A stretch of DNA of 58,007 bases from an uncultured Bdellovibrionales bacterium. Its GTDB lineage: Bacteria > Patescibacteriota > Minisyncoccia > Moranbacterales > UBA2206. Numbering within the stretch: position 1 is the first letter of the stretch; the number at the start of each line of letters is the position of its first letter. The stretch covers positions 983 through 58,989 of the forward strand of contig CAYLWX010000001.1 of the NCBI GenBank assembly GCA_964387895.1. Reading direction: 5' to 3'. Positions 42,430 to 52,519 of this stretch are shown in pieces. The notes beneath the pieces are model-generated. The model worked only from the letters and a program-made list of their open reading frames with translations, had not been told where the DNA came from and did not search any database. The position numbers were made by a program, and so were the translations under genes.

Positions 42430-43716
42430 ATGTATATATTGCTATTATTTATTGCTTTTTATCTCCCTTTTCAATTGGCGCTTAACCCTGCTCCGGGTAT
42501 TGACCTGGCTTCGATACGGGTACTGATTATCATGGTGTTTTTGCTATGGGTTGCTAGAAGTTTAAAGCATAGAAATCTTTTTATCCCTGCTATCCCGCTA
42601 ACGGGCTTGCTGGTTGTATTTCTCTTTTTTCATCTGGGCTCTTTATTGGTAGCTCAAAACCAGGAATGGGCAATGAGGAAGATTCTTTTTCTTTTTTCCA
42701 TAGTTCCTCTTTATTTTGCGGCTTCCGCGCTTCTGCGAAGTAGAGACAGGGCGCTTCAGGTAATAAACGCGCTGGTGATAAGCGGTACGGTCGCGGCGCT
42801 GGTGGGAATCATTCAGTTTTTAGGGCAATTTGTCATGGGAACAGACGCGGTGTATGCTTTTTGGGCTGAGTATGTAGTAGTACCTTTTTTAGGGAAAAGC
42901 TTTTCCCAGGCAGTTCTTGCTAATCCGAGCTGGCTTGTGAATGTAGGCGGCGACACGTTTCTCCGAGCTACTGCCACATTTCCTGATCCGCATATGTTTT
43001 CTTTTTATCTAGGCTTGCTAATCCCCTTTTCTGCGGCGCTTTTTTTTCGCACAAAATCAAAAAAGAGATGGTGGTGGTTGTTTTCATGCGGAGCGCTTAT
43101 TATTGCTGATTTGCTTACTTTTTCAAGAGGAGGATATGTGGGTCTGGCGGCGGCTGCGATAGTAAGTCTTGGTATGGCGAAGGAGGCCTTTTATACGAAT
43201 CATTGGGCGAAAGTGGCGGCAGTGTGCGGTATGCTTGCGCTTATAATAGTTTTTACTCCGGTATCAAAAAGATTTCATTCCATAGTTGATGTGAAGGAAG
43301 GTTCTAATAGAGGAAGAATAGAGACATGGGAAAAAGCCTGGGAAGTATTAATGCGCCATCCTGTGCGAGGAGTAGGCATAGGAAATTATCCAATAGAGGT
43401 GAAGCCCGCTGCTTCATACAGGGACCCCATTTATGCTCATAACTCATATTTGGACATTGCGGTAGAAACAGGAATGGCGAGCGCGCTGGTGTGGGTTATC
43501 GCGCTTGGTGTCGCGGGGTATCGCTTGTATAAAAAGGCGGGGTATGACAAAATTTTCCTGGCGGGAGCATTCAGCATAATTATATTTTCTCTGCACTCGC
43601 TGGTGGAAACGGCGACTTATTCTTCTCACGTGTTGCCGCTTTTAATGCTTATTATGAGTTTAAGTAACGGCGAAGTTTCTGAAGATAATAATTTTGAAGA
43701 TAGCGCTTATGAATAA
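42430..43716 (+). CDS. O-antigen ligase/polymerase family (Wzy_C) membrane protein
   Basis: Polytopic. The LLTFSRGGYVGL block and the periplasmic loop GIGNYP...AHNSYLDIAVETG are typical of O-antigen ligase-like proteins. Confidence 0.8.
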   Translation: MYILLLFIAFYLPFQLALNPAPGIDLASIRVLIIMVFLLWVARSLKHRNLFIPAIPLTGLLVVFLFFHLGSLLVAQNQEWAMRKILFLFSIVPLYFAASALLRSRDRALQVINALVISGTVAALVGIIQFLGQFVMGTDAVYAFWAEYVVVPFLGKSFSQAVLANPSWLVNVGGDTFLRATATFPDPHMFSFYLGLLIPFSAALFFRTKSKKRWWWLFSCGALIIADLLTFSRGGYVGLAAAAIVSLGMAKEAFYTNHWAKVAAVCGMLALIIVFTPVSKRFHSIVDVKEGSNRGRIETWEKAWEVLMRHPVRGVGIGNYPIEVKPAASYRDPIYAHNSYLDIAVETGMASALVWVIALGVAGYRLYKKAGYDKIFLAGAFSIIIFSLHSLVETATYSSHVLPLLMLIMSLSNGEVSEDNNFEDSAYE

Positions 43717-44842
43717 TAGTCTGCCGTATCTCGTTATTTTTTTTCTCCCTGCCTATTTGCTGAGGGTAGTTATATTAGGGATTCCCACTAATGTATTTGA
43801 AATTTTGGTAGTTTTTCTTTTATCACTTCAATTATTGGACAAAAAGCGCGGGAAGCGGTTTCTTGCGGTAGCAATGCAACATCGAGAATATATGCCGCCT
43901 GTAATCATGATTTTTTTAGGGCTATTCGTTTCTATGAGTATGTACGGGGGTTATGCCAGAGGACTGGGGGTTATAAAGGGGTGGTTTATTATTCCAATTA
44001 TTACGTTTATTTTGCTAAAAAGTACGGTTGCCCCGGAAAACAGAAAATACGTGTTTATCGCGCTCTATTGGTCTTCTTTTGTAGTTGCTTTTACAGGGAT
44101 TTTTTATTTTTTTCAAGGCAGTCTTACATATGATGGACGGTTACAGGCATTTTTTAATTCTCCCAATTATCTGGCTATGTATCTTTCGCCGGCCGTGATT
44201 ATTGGGGTAACTTTTTTTGAAGAACATAAAAAAGTATATCTATTGTCCCTGGGAGTTATTGCGATGGCACTGTATCTTACCTTTTCTTATGCTGCCTGGA
44301 TTGCCTTACTCTGCGCGCTGACGGTAAGCGTAATCGCGGTCAGAAAGAGTATATTTTTTAAAAAAATATATGTCCTGGTGTTTATAGCTATGGTGGTTCT
44401 GGTTTCTCAGCGCGGAGCTGGTAAGATGAATGATCTTCTGGAGTTAAAGGAGAGATCTTCGCTTGCTTCCCGGATTATGATTTGGAAATCTTCCGTGAAA
44501 ATCATCTCTGATTACTGGATGTGGGGAGTTGGTCCCGGAAATTTCCAGGATACCTACCTTTACTACCAAAAATATTTTTCTCCGTATTTAGAATGGGCGG
44601 TTCCTCATCCTCATAATGTGTATATGGCGTTCTGGCTTCAATCCGGTATAGTGGGTCTTGCAGGTTTTTTTTGGCTTCTTTGTGTGTGGGTAAGGCGCTA
44701 TTTGGAATCAGAAACGACTATTGATCCAGCGTTACGAAGTATCATGGCGGGAATCATGGTTTATGCCCTATTGCACGGCATGGTGGATACCACCTATTTT
44801 AAAAACGACCTCGCAGTCGTCTTTTGGTTGGGCATTATATAG
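43709..44842 (+). CDS. O-antigen ligase-like membrane protein (second copy)
   Basis: Polytopic. GVGPGNFQ...PHPHNVYMAFWLQSGIVGL. The ATG at 43709 is preferred over the TTG at 43694. Confidence 0.7.
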   Translation: MNNSLPYLVIFFLPAYLLRVVILGIPTNVFEILVVFLLSLQLLDKKRGKRFLAVAMQHREYMPPVIMIFLGLFVSMSMYGGYARGLGVIKGWFIIPIITFILLKSTVAPENRKYVFIALYWSSFVVAFTGIFYFFQGSLTYDGRLQAFFNSPNYLAMYLSPAVIIGVTFFEEHKKVYLLSLGVIAMALYLTFSYAAWIALLCALTVSVIAVRKSIFFKKIYVLVFIAMVVLVSQRGAGKMNDLLELKERSSLASRIMIWKSSVKIISDYWMWGVGPGNFQDTYLYYQKYFSPYLEWAVPHPHNVYMAFWLQSGIVGLAGFFWLLCVWVRRYLESETTIDPALRSIMAGIMVYALLHGMVDTTYFKNDLAVVFWLGII

Positions 44843-44856
44843 TTTTTTTTCCTTGT

Positions 44857-44908
44857 CCTCCCCTCCCCGTCAGAGGCGGACGGGGAGAGGGATTGAGGGT
44901 GAGGGGTC
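44857..44908. repeat. GC-rich palindromic element (CCCCGT-loop-ACGGGGAGAGGG family), copy 1; likely bidirectional terminator
   Basis: CCTCCCCTCCCCGT-CAGAGGCGG-ACGGGGAGAGGGATTGAGGGTGAGGGGTC, between convergent genes. Its reverse complement shares 29 consecutive nt with 52834-52862. Confidence 0.8.
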
Positions 44909-44930
44909 GTCAAATATGGTTGAAGCTAGT

Positions 44931-46070
44931 TTAAAGCGCTATCTTATAAAGTTTGCTGTCGATTTTATTTACGAAAAACAACTCGCTTTCATCCGGACTA
45001 AGGAAAAGATTGGAAGCATCAAACGGGGTTTTGATCTTATCTAGGTCAACGAGCCTTGTTTTTTCTCCCGTGGTTATATTCACTTTCCAAAAAGTGTCTA
45101 TGGTAGTAAATGTATTCGCGTCATATTTATCGGGGAGCACTGTATTCTCCGGAATAGATCCGGGCAGGGAGTAATATATAAAGGCATCATCTTTAGACCA
45201 CGCGCATTTAGAAACAAATGTTGGTATTTCCAGGCTTTTATATTCACCGTTTCCATATTGAAGCAAGCCAAGCTGGATTTTTGATCCTCCTTTTTCATTG
45301 CTATGGCTGAGTAGAGCGTAGGTGCCCTTATTATTCCAAAGATAATCTCCCCCGAATTTTCCTTTTAGAATAGTCTTTGTTTCTCCGCCTAGCGCGGGAA
45401 CTGATTGAAGTATGCTTTCAGAGAAGGCGTCAGGTTTGTTCCAAAAAGAAATCAGGCTGCTTTCCGGAATGGGCGCGGTAGTGATGTATTTTTGATCAAG
45501 GGAAGCAATGGTTTTCCAGTGGGAGCCATCAGGATCGGCAATATTCAGAGTCCTTTCTTTGCTTTTAGGGTCATAATACTTATAGATAATTTTATTATCA
45601 TTTTGCCACACTACGGTATCAAGGTTTTCTTTTAATGCGACGCCCTTGTTTTCCTTGTAGTTATAATAGTAGAACTTTGCAGATCCTCCCTGGGAAAGTT
45701 TGGAAATTACCTTTGACCTGTTCGGAGACCAGATTACTTCAGAAAGAGCGGGCAACTCTTTATTGGAAAGAACTTGCTTATTGTTCCCATCAAGATCGAC
45801 CTGGTACGCTTTGCCGCTGTCTTTCGCGTAATATTTTATTACTGAATTTTCCTTGTCAAGCACTACTGCGCGTACGGCATCTTCTGATACTGCTAGTACT
45901 TTAGATCTGGCGGCGGGGGCTTGAGGGTTTGAGGGGGTGGTGTCGTCTGACTGAAAAGCATCAAGAACTTCAGAGGACTTTTGAAAAGAAAAGAAGTAAA
46001 TAGCCCAAAAAAACAGCAGGATGCCAAGAAGAGAAGAGGAGATGATGAATATTTTTTTAGAAATACGCAT
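44931..46070 (-). CDS. membrane-anchored TolB-like beta-propeller (PD40/WD40-like repeats) protein
   Basis: N-terminal TM (IFIISSSLLGILLFFWAIYFF). Repeated W-S-P-D/N-like blades (VIWSPNRSKV, LFLSPDESELFF, CAWSKDDAFIYY). Confidence 0.6.
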   Translation of the reverse strand: MRISKKIFIISSSLLGILLFFWAIYFFSFQKSSEVLDAFQSDDTTPSNPQAPAARSKVLAVSEDAVRAVVLDKENSVIKYYAKDSGKAYQVDLDGNNKQVLSNKELPALSEVIWSPNRSKVISKLSQGGSAKFYYYNYKENKGVALKENLDTVVWQNDNKIIYKYYDPKSKERTLNIADPDGSHWKTIASLDQKYITTAPIPESSLISFWNKPDAFSESILQSVPALGGETKTILKGKFGGDYLWNNKGTYALLSHSNEKGGSKIQLGLLQYGNGEYKSLEIPTFVSKCAWSKDDAFIYYSLPGSIPENTVLPDKYDANTFTTIDTFWKVNITTGEKTRLVDLDKIKTPFDASNLFLSPDESELFFVNKIDSKLYKIAL

Positions 46071-46102
46071 GCGGAAATAATTTAAAATTGAAAACTCTTA
46101 CT

Positions 46103-47059
46103 TCAGCTTCCCTGGCATTGTCGATAATAATCCAGGAAAGTGGAAGTTCTAGCGGGGACTGGACAGTAGCCCCCGCAGTCTATGCGGCAATCCCATTTTT
46201 TATAAGAGTTTCCCAGTTTGTTGACCATTCCGGCACAGCTTTGGCTTGCTTCCAACGCGACAGGACCTCCGTTGTATCCCGCGTAAGCGTCTCTCACCCA
46301 TTGTTCTGTCGGACTTTTTCTCCATTTTGATTGGAGTTTTTTTAGATAATTCGCGGCGCACGTTACCGCTTTTTCGGGATTTTTTTCCAAGTCGTCACAG
46401 GTAGTGCCGCAATTGTCGGCCGCGGCAATCTGCATTACACTGCAATCTCTTCCTCCTAACGTTCGGGGCGGTTGTTGGTTGCATCCGGATTCTTTAGCGG
46501 CCGTAGCGAGCAAGATGCACTTGGAAACACCAGTCGCGGCGGACACCCGGTTAAAAATATCCTGCCAGCGCGCGTCATTGCAATTTGAAGGGAGCTTCGA
46601 TTGAATGTCAGGGTATATGCCGTCATATTCTTTCGCGAGCTGCTCTTCTCTTTGTCTGGTTTGTGCTCCCGGCTCGAGTCTTTTTATTTGTACTAAATCG
46701 GGATTGATGACGTAGAGAATGAGCCAGGCGGATAGCGCCAGAAGAAGCCCAATAACGGCGTCAGTGATTACACCCTTGGCTTTTTCCATACTGGAATTGT
46801 TGCCAGCAGAAGTCAAATACACGTAACCTCCAAAGGTGATCATAAACAGCGCTGCTACTCCTATGAACCAGAGTCCGAATTTATATACCTGGGAGATATA
46901 GACAAAAAAATCTCCGCTTGTCTCTTCTTCAAATCCGGGAATTTTCTCCATAGGGACATAATCAAGAGAATCCGCGTATGAAAGCAGAGGCATTATTACG
47001 AAAAAAAGTCCAAAGAAAAGAAAGGAGAGTATTCGGGTATAATAATTATTTTTCTTCAT
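46103..47059 (-). CDS. fusion of a TrbC/VirB2-like pilin-type membrane domain and a VirB1-like lytic transglycosylase domain
   Basis: N-terminus: signal peptide plus two TM helices (FGLWFIGVAALFMITFGGYVYL; VITDAVIGLLLALSAWLILYVINP). C-terminus: AAKESGCN...DCSVMQIAA...AANYLKKL...AYAGYNGGP, the SLT pattern (catalytic E-S, MQI, AYNxGP). Confidence 0.65.
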   Translation of the reverse strand: MKKNNYYTRILSFLFFGLFFVIMPLLSYADSLDYVPMEKIPGFEEETSGDFFVYISQVYKFGLWFIGVAALFMITFGGYVYLTSAGNNSSMEKAKGVITDAVIGLLLALSAWLILYVINPDLVQIKRLEPGAQTRQREEQLAKEYDGIYPDIQSKLPSNCNDARWQDIFNRVSAATGVSKCILLATAAKESGCNQQPPRTLGGRDCSVMQIAAADNCGTTCDDLEKNPEKAVTCAANYLKKLQSKWRKSPTEQWVRDAYAGYNGGPVALEASQSCAGMVNKLGNSYKKWDCRIDCGGYCPVPARTSTFLDYYRQCQGS

Positions 47060-49736
47060 AGGTAGGGAAAAAAGAGAATATAAAGCCTGAAGCTACAAGA
47101 ATGAGCAGTATGGTGAGCACCGCTCGCAGGAGAAAACTCATGTAAGAAGGGAGGTTCGAGGAAAGCGCGGCAAGGAATTTCTTATCCGGAGCGCCACCGC
47201 GCGCGATAGTATCCTCCGTTCCACTGAAGGTGTTCATTAATTTAATTTTAATTATATCAGAAACAGGAGTTTCATAAAACTCAGAAAGAGATACGTTCCA
47301 GTATTTATGCAAAGCTTTTCTTACCTGGTTGTTTTGTCCGTATACAGTGGCTACGCTTACTCGGTAAAGTTCTCCTACGTCTTTGTTGGCAACAAAGGAA
47401 AGAGTATGCTCTTCTTCATCCAGGCTGGCTATCCCTGGCATTGCTTCTGATTCGTCTATAAACCACACGTAATCGTCGGTATAGCCAGTATTAGGAGTCG
47501 CTTTTACCTTCACTACGGCTCCCACAACTGTTTCAAATTCTTTATCGCTGTAATCGGGCCATTTCTTATTGTCGAGATCTATATAGTTTCCCAGCAGGAC
47601 GGGCCTGGTAGTGTCTTCGTCGGCAGAGCTGATAGTAATTTTCGGATCAACTACTTCAAAAGTTCTTGTGATGTTCACTTTTTCTCCTGTGTTCTTATCT
47701 TTCTCTGTTTTTTCCGCTATAAAGGTAACGGTATAATACTCTCCTTTATCTTTCAAAACTGGAAAATAGGCTTGATTGGTGCTTTCCCCTGTTCTTTTGT
47801 CACATTCTCCAAAGGAACAATTTAAATCATTGTAGACCATCGGTTCTCCGTCAACGGTCCAGGAAAAGTTAGTGAGATTGCTGCCGGGAACTTTGAGGCC
47901 TGTGATTTCATTTTTCACTACAGGACATATTACTCTGTCCATTTTTTCTTTGCACCGTTCTTTTTCATCGGTATCCTGCATGGTAATGTCTAAATTGTCG
48001 GATACGGACACAGGATATACTTTGATCCGATAAGGGTTAGTTTCAATGTGGACGATAACATCACTATGTCCTTCACGAACTGTTTGTTTGGAAACAGTTT
48101 CTGAGGCGGTAAGTTTTATTTTTACATAGGCAGGGATAGCCTGATCAGGCAGGGGCGTTCGGGGTCTTTCGTTTTTCGCGGTAATGGAAGTTTTTTCCGT
48201 AAAAGCTAACTTAAAGCTCAAAGTGTCCAAACCTATTCCGGACATTTGCGTTATTTCAGGCAGCTCCTGTTTGGATATGGGGTTACCCCAACTGTCCGGG
48301 TCTGGCTCGGTGCTGGTGTATACCTGCCATACGTATTTTAGGTATTTTTCGTTCCTTATATTCAATAATGAGGCGTTCACCACAAGTTCATCTGAATTCT
48401 CCAGGGTAAGTTCTCCATCACCGTTTACAGACGAGTCATTGACAGGAGACTTGGGGAAATAAGACAGCTTCACGTCGATTTTGTTAGTTTCTCCTCCTTC
48501 AGTCGGGTCTGCCAGGTTATCTTCCAGACAGTTGTTTATCTTTTTGGTCGCCATTTGAAAGAGGTTTTTGGTCCTGGTTTTTGTGCTTTCGTCAGTTGTT
48601 TCCGATCGGACATTGCCTTCCTCGTCGGTTACTGTGGTGACTATAGTGGTGACTATAGTAAGTGTGGCGCTTGACTCTGGCGCGTTGTCGATAGTGGTAG
48701 TAGTTTCTACCGTAGTGACTACGGTCGTAGTGAGCGTTTCCGGTTCCCCTGTTTCTTCGTTTATTACTTCTTCCATGCTTGTTTCGGTGGTAGTTTCCGT
48801 GATGGTGCCTTCTCTTACTTTTTCCAGTGCGGCATTAACATCGCATCTGCTGTCTTTTCTGTTAGATATCCAGATATTTTTAGGCAAAGCCCACATGATT
48901 TTATAGGAAGCGTCTTTGTAGTGGGTGGGTTCCACGGAGATGCCCTCCACGGCTACTCCCACTTTGTCTCCTTCCCGGTAATTCCACGTAAATTCAGTAA
49001 CGCCCAGTCCGGACACCGTCGCTTCGTCCAGGTTTCCAGTCGCGGCAGTATCAGAATTGGTCGGGTCGGTTCTCCAGAATCGCTCTTCGTCTTTTCCAAA
49101 CACTCCATCACCTGTTTCTTCCCCGGGAGCGTTGGGAAAAAGGTGATCACATCCGGATAATTCATACTCATCTCCGGTTTTAGGATTATGGATATAGCAA
49201 TGATCAGCCTTGCCTCTCTGCTCTTCTCCTCCCATAATCGCTCTGTAACCGTCATCATCAGTATCAGTATCATAGGTGTCCGGCTTATCCCATTCAAAAT
49301 CATTGCTAGCAATAATTCGCGCGGCTTCTATTTTGTAATCTTCCACATCCTCATCTCCATCACCATTGAGATCTCTGTTATCATCCGCGTGTTTGATGTA
49401 CCATGTGTAATACATTTTAGTGAGGTCGCTCATGAAATACATCGGCTTGGCTACCGCGGTTACTTTTTCTCCAGGTACTGGATTGGAAGGGTTAAACGTG
49501 AGCATCACCTGCGGAGGAATCTTTTTTTGGCGGGAAACATTAAAACTTCTTGTGTAATATTTCACTTCTTTCGCATCCAGACCATTGGTGGAACCCGGCC
49601 TTCCCACGCCTATATAATCCAGGATTTGTCCCGCTGCTTCTCTGGGTTGCGGCCAGGAAAAATCAGCTATGGCAGGGGAAATCCCGATAAAAAATATGGT
49701 TATTATCGTGAGGATACTAAAGAATGCTCTTTTCAT
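47046..49736 (-). CDS. large secreted/surface protein with Thr-rich repeat region and C-terminal TM anchor
   Basis: 896 aa. It has a signal peptide, a Thr/Val/Glu-rich low-complexity tract (TETTTETS...TTTVVTTVETTTTIDN...IVTTIVTTVTDEEG) and a C-terminal hydrophobic anchor (LLRAVLTILLILVASGFIFSFF). It overlaps both neighbours (4 and 14 nt). Confidence 0.7.
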   Translation of the reverse strand: MKRAFFSILTIITIFFIGISPAIADFSWPQPREAAGQILDYIGVGRPGSTNGLDAKEVKYYTRSFNVSRQKKIPPQVMLTFNPSNPVPGEKVTAVAKPMYFMSDLTKMYYTWYIKHADDNRDLNGDGDEDVEDYKIEAARIIASNDFEWDKPDTYDTDTDDDGYRAIMGGEEQRGKADHCYIHNPKTGDEYELSGCDHLFPNAPGEETGDGVFGKDEERFWRTDPTNSDTAATGNLDEATVSGLGVTEFTWNYREGDKVGVAVEGISVEPTHYKDASYKIMWALPKNIWISNRKDSRCDVNAALEKVREGTITETTTETSMEEVINEETGEPETLTTTVVTTVETTTTIDNAPESSATLTIVTTIVTTVTDEEGNVRSETTDESTKTRTKNLFQMATKKINNCLEDNLADPTEGGETNKIDVKLSYFPKSPVNDSSVNGDGELTLENSDELVVNASLLNIRNEKYLKYVWQVYTSTEPDPDSWGNPISKQELPEITQMSGIGLDTLSFKLAFTEKTSITAKNERPRTPLPDQAIPAYVKIKLTASETVSKQTVREGHSDVIVHIETNPYRIKVYPVSVSDNLDITMQDTDEKERCKEKMDRVICPVVKNEITGLKVPGSNLTNFSWTVDGEPMVYNDLNCSFGECDKRTGESTNQAYFPVLKDKGEYYTVTFIAEKTEKDKNTGEKVNITRTFEVVDPKITISSADEDTTRPVLLGNYIDLDNKKWPDYSDKEFETVVGAVVKVKATPNTGYTDDYVWFIDESEAMPGIASLDEEEHTLSFVANKDVGELYRVSVATVYGQNNQVRKALHKYWNVSLSEFYETPVSDIIKIKLMNTFSGTEDTIARGGAPDKKFLAALSSNLPSYMSFLLRAVLTILLILVASGFIFSFFPTYEEK

Positions 49737-50410
49737 AAGCGGTTAAGTGTATAGATTATATAAGAATCTGTAATCGCGAAAAATATAATTTCCATAAGGT
49801 ACGCGTAGAGAAATGAGCGGCTTTTATACGCGACGATGGCGCCGGTGAGGGAGGTGATGATAAAAGGCACTCTTTGCCAGTCCAGATTTTTAGCTAGCAT
49901 AAGTATTCCTAAAAAAAGGCCGAAAGAAAGGATAATCGACCACCCTCCAAGTTTTTCCCGAAAGGTAAAGAGGAAAAATCCCTTAAAAAAGAACTCCTGA
50001 AAGAAAAACAGCGCGCTCGCGATAATAAATTCATAAAGCAGGAAAACCCAGAAATTTTCTCCGATGCCCGTGGGTACGGTATACTGGGTTTGGAAGGGGG
50101 TAAACTTAATGATCAGAGCAAGAATCAAAAGGGAAAGTGCCAACAGCGTCCCTCCCCACACTATGCCGGTACCCGTATTCTTCAGGCTGAATCCGAATTC
50201 TACAACAGAGCGTTTCAAAACTAATGTTATGTAAAAAAAGGGAAGCATAAAAAGAAAAAGCACGCTTTTTGTTACATTTTCTAATACGCCTTCAGAGGGG
50301 AAAAGAAAAAAGAGAGCCAGGCAAACCGCCGCTATTAAGGAAGTTACTCCAATTTCTTTTCTCTGCAAGAGAGGGAAGGTATGTTGGTTTTGTGTTGGTA
50401 TCGATATCAT
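49733..50410 (-). CDS. polytopic membrane protein, CPBP (CAAX protease/Abi)-like with a degenerate motif 1
   Basis: 6-7 TM segments. FFQEFFFKGFF occupies the place of the EExxxR motif (Q-E...K). Assignment is weak. Confidence 0.4.
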   Translation of the reverse strand: MISIPTQNQHTFPLLQRKEIGVTSLIAAVCLALFFLFPSEGVLENVTKSVLFLFMLPFFYITLVLKRSVVEFGFSLKNTGTGIVWGGTLLALSLLILALIIKFTPFQTQYTVPTGIGENFWVFLLYEFIIASALFFFQEFFFKGFFLFTFREKLGGWSIILSFGLFLGILMLAKNLDWQRVPFIITSLTGAIVAYKSRSFLYAYLMEIIFFAITDSYIIYTLNRL

Positions 50411-50441
50411 GAAAATACTAATACATCGGCAATTTTATTTT

Positions 50442-50939
50442 TTATGCCGTTTCCCATATAAGCGCGCCCTTACGTTCTTCCTGATAGTTCTCCTGGCGTT
50501 CTTTTAAGGTGAGGACATACACGATAATTATTGTAAGAGTTTCTATCGGTAGAACATTAACTCCAAAAAGAAATTCAATCATTGTGCCCCCAAACAACGT
50601 GCCGTAACGTTTGGCAATGGATCGGGCCATCTTCTTTTTAGAATATCCTCCTACTAGAAGCATAATAGATCCAAGAGAGAGGGAAATCAGAATAGTAATC
50701 ACCGTACCAATAAGAGGAAGAGAACCGATTCCCACAAGATCAACCAGATCTTTGAGTATTGCGAGTGCAAGCGCGATAGCATAAAGCCAATCCCATAGCG
50801 GATTGATGTGTTGGGAAAGAGATCCAATCTGAGCTATGGAAGCCATTTGGGAAGCATTTTTCATTGGCTGAGTTGCTCGCGATGCGTTGTCGCGCTGTCT
50901 GACTCGATGTAAATTATTGGCGTACGAAAATTCCTGCAT
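50442..50939 (-). CDS. membrane protein of the T4SS-like operon (unassigned)
   Basis: 165 aa with 3-4 TM segments, between the virB4-like and CPBP-like genes. Confidence 0.55.
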   Translation of the reverse strand: MQEFSYANNLHRVRQRDNASRATQPMKNASQMASIAQIGSLSQHINPLWDWLYAIALALAILKDLVDLVGIGSLPLIGTVITILISLSLGSIMLLVGGYSKKKMARSIAKRYGTLFGGTMIEFLFGVNVLPIETLTIIIVYVLTLKERQENYQEERKGALIWETA

Positions 50940-50947
50940 ATAAAAGA

Positions 50948-52519
50948 CTAATTTATGTTCTCTTCTTCAAAATCCTTCTTTGCCTGTTCAATTTCCAGAA
51001 GCTGGGCGGGGTCGGTAGTGATGATCTGGTCTTCGGAATAGGAAGCAATAACTTTGATGGCAACATGCTTGATGCCGGCGAAGAAGATTCCTTCTCCCAC
51101 ATTACTTTCCAGAAGCAGAAATTTTTCCTGGTCGGTGAGGTAAAATGTTTCTACTATCAAATCGATCGCGGCGGGAGATTGCTTCAGGAGAAGTTGAATT
51201 GAAGAATTGGTGACAATGGGTTTTCCATATCTGGATGCCAGAAAATCATTCACGTCCTGGGTAATGGTAGTAAGTCCAGTATAATATTTTCTGCACCGTT
51301 TCGCAATTCCAAAAAGGAAAGACGCCGCGTCGTCATATTTCATCATCACCCAAGCTTCATCTACCAGAACGAGACGCTTTTTTAAGTTAGTCCTCATCTC
51401 ATTCCAAATAAAATGCAAAATCATATACATGGCGACCGGCCGCAGTTCTTCTTCCATATCGCGGATATTGAAGACTACCAGGGAGTTATCAATGGAAATG
51501 TTGGTGGGGTTATTGAGGAATCCGGCAAAAACTCCTTCAGTATATTTTTCCAGCCGTATCGCTAAATCTTCCGCTCCCTCCATATTTCTAAGCACCTGGT
51601 ATAAGTCAGACATGGTGGGAAACGATTCTTTGCTCAGCGTATTGAAATTGACTTCCGGAGAAATGTCCCTGATGGCGTAGGTCTCATGAACGGCCCGGTC
51701 CAGAATGGAATCTTCTTCCTGGGTGATGTTGCCCAACATGATATGAAGCAGTCCGATGATGCTGGCAATGTTGTTTCGCAGGATATCTTCCGGGTCTTCG
51801 CCTTCAATCATTTTTGGCAAATCAAAAGGATTTAAGTGATTATCAGAATTAAGCGATATTTTAATGAATGATCCGCCGACTGTATCGCACAGATGTTTAT
51901 ATTCGCTTTCAGGATCAATAATAATAACGTCCGTTCCTACCATCAGAGAGCGCAGCACTTCTAATTTGATAGCGTAACTTTTTCCCGCGCCGGATTTGGC
52001 AAATACGACCATGTTGGCATTTTCCATTTTAAACCGGTCGAAGATGATCAGGCTGTTGTTATGCCGGTTTATGCCATAGAGGATTCCTTCATCATTGGAA
52101 AGATTAGAGGAAACAAAGGGGAAGGTGGTGGAAAGAGGCGCGCTGTTCATGCTTGTGCCTATATCCAGTTCATCATTTGCCAGAGGAAGGGAAGAGTTGA
52201 ATCCCTGTTCGGCTTTAAAAATCGCCGGCTTTACGTAGACGAGTTGCGCTTCAAGGATTACGGTAATTTCACTGGCTAACTTATCAAGTTCTTCTTCAGT
52301 TTGGGCGTAGACGGTAATATAGAGTCCATAACGAAAAAACTTTTCTGTTCCCTGTTGAAGTTTGTCGCGGAGTTCATCGATATCTTTAATGGCGGTTTCC
52401 AATGCCGGATCCCGTATGATTCCCTTGTCTTCTTCGATATGAACCTGGGATTGCATTTGGGTAGCGCTTTTTCGGAGTGTTTTTAATATGTCGTATGTGT
52501 TAATGGGATGCACGAACAT
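50948..52519 (-). CDS. virB4: VirB4/TrbE-like T4SS ATPase, C-terminal two-thirds (homology continues upstream to 52783 across an in-frame TAG)
   Basis: Walker A VFAKSGAGKSYAIK and Walker B LVLVDEAWVMM. Upstream in the same frame the sequence reads MLNFFHKNNSSRPAPEI-TAG(52730-52732)-DEVLRTEKIYQEGISRLLDLIAPPAVKITPRHIRVGETLAQTLFVITYPRYLHSNWFSPIINIDIPLDIS-M(52519). That is conserved VirB4 sequence with no ATG/GTG/TTG start after the TAG. Confidence 0.85.
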   Translation of the reverse strand: MFVHPINTYDILKTLRKSATQMQSQVHIEEDKGIIRDPALETAIKDIDELRDKLQQGTEKFFRYGLYITVYAQTEEELDKLASEITVILEAQLVYVKPAIFKAEQGFNSSLPLANDELDIGTSMNSAPLSTTFPFVSSNLSNDEGILYGINRHNNSLIIFDRFKMENANMVVFAKSGAGKSYAIKLEVLRSLMVGTDVIIIDPESEYKHLCDTVGGSFIKISLNSDNHLNPFDLPKMIEGEDPEDILRNNIASIIGLLHIMLGNITQEEDSILDRAVHETYAIRDISPEVNFNTLSKESFPTMSDLYQVLRNMEGAEDLAIRLEKYTEGVFAGFLNNPTNISIDNSLVVFNIRDMEEELRPVAMYMILHFIWNEMRTNLKKRLVLVDEAWVMMKYDDAASFLFGIAKRCRKYYTGLTTITQDVNDFLASRYGKPIVTNSSIQLLLKQSPAAIDLIVETFYLTDQEKFLLLESNVGEGIFFAGIKHVAIKVIASYSEDQIITTDPAQLLEIEQAKKDFEEENIN

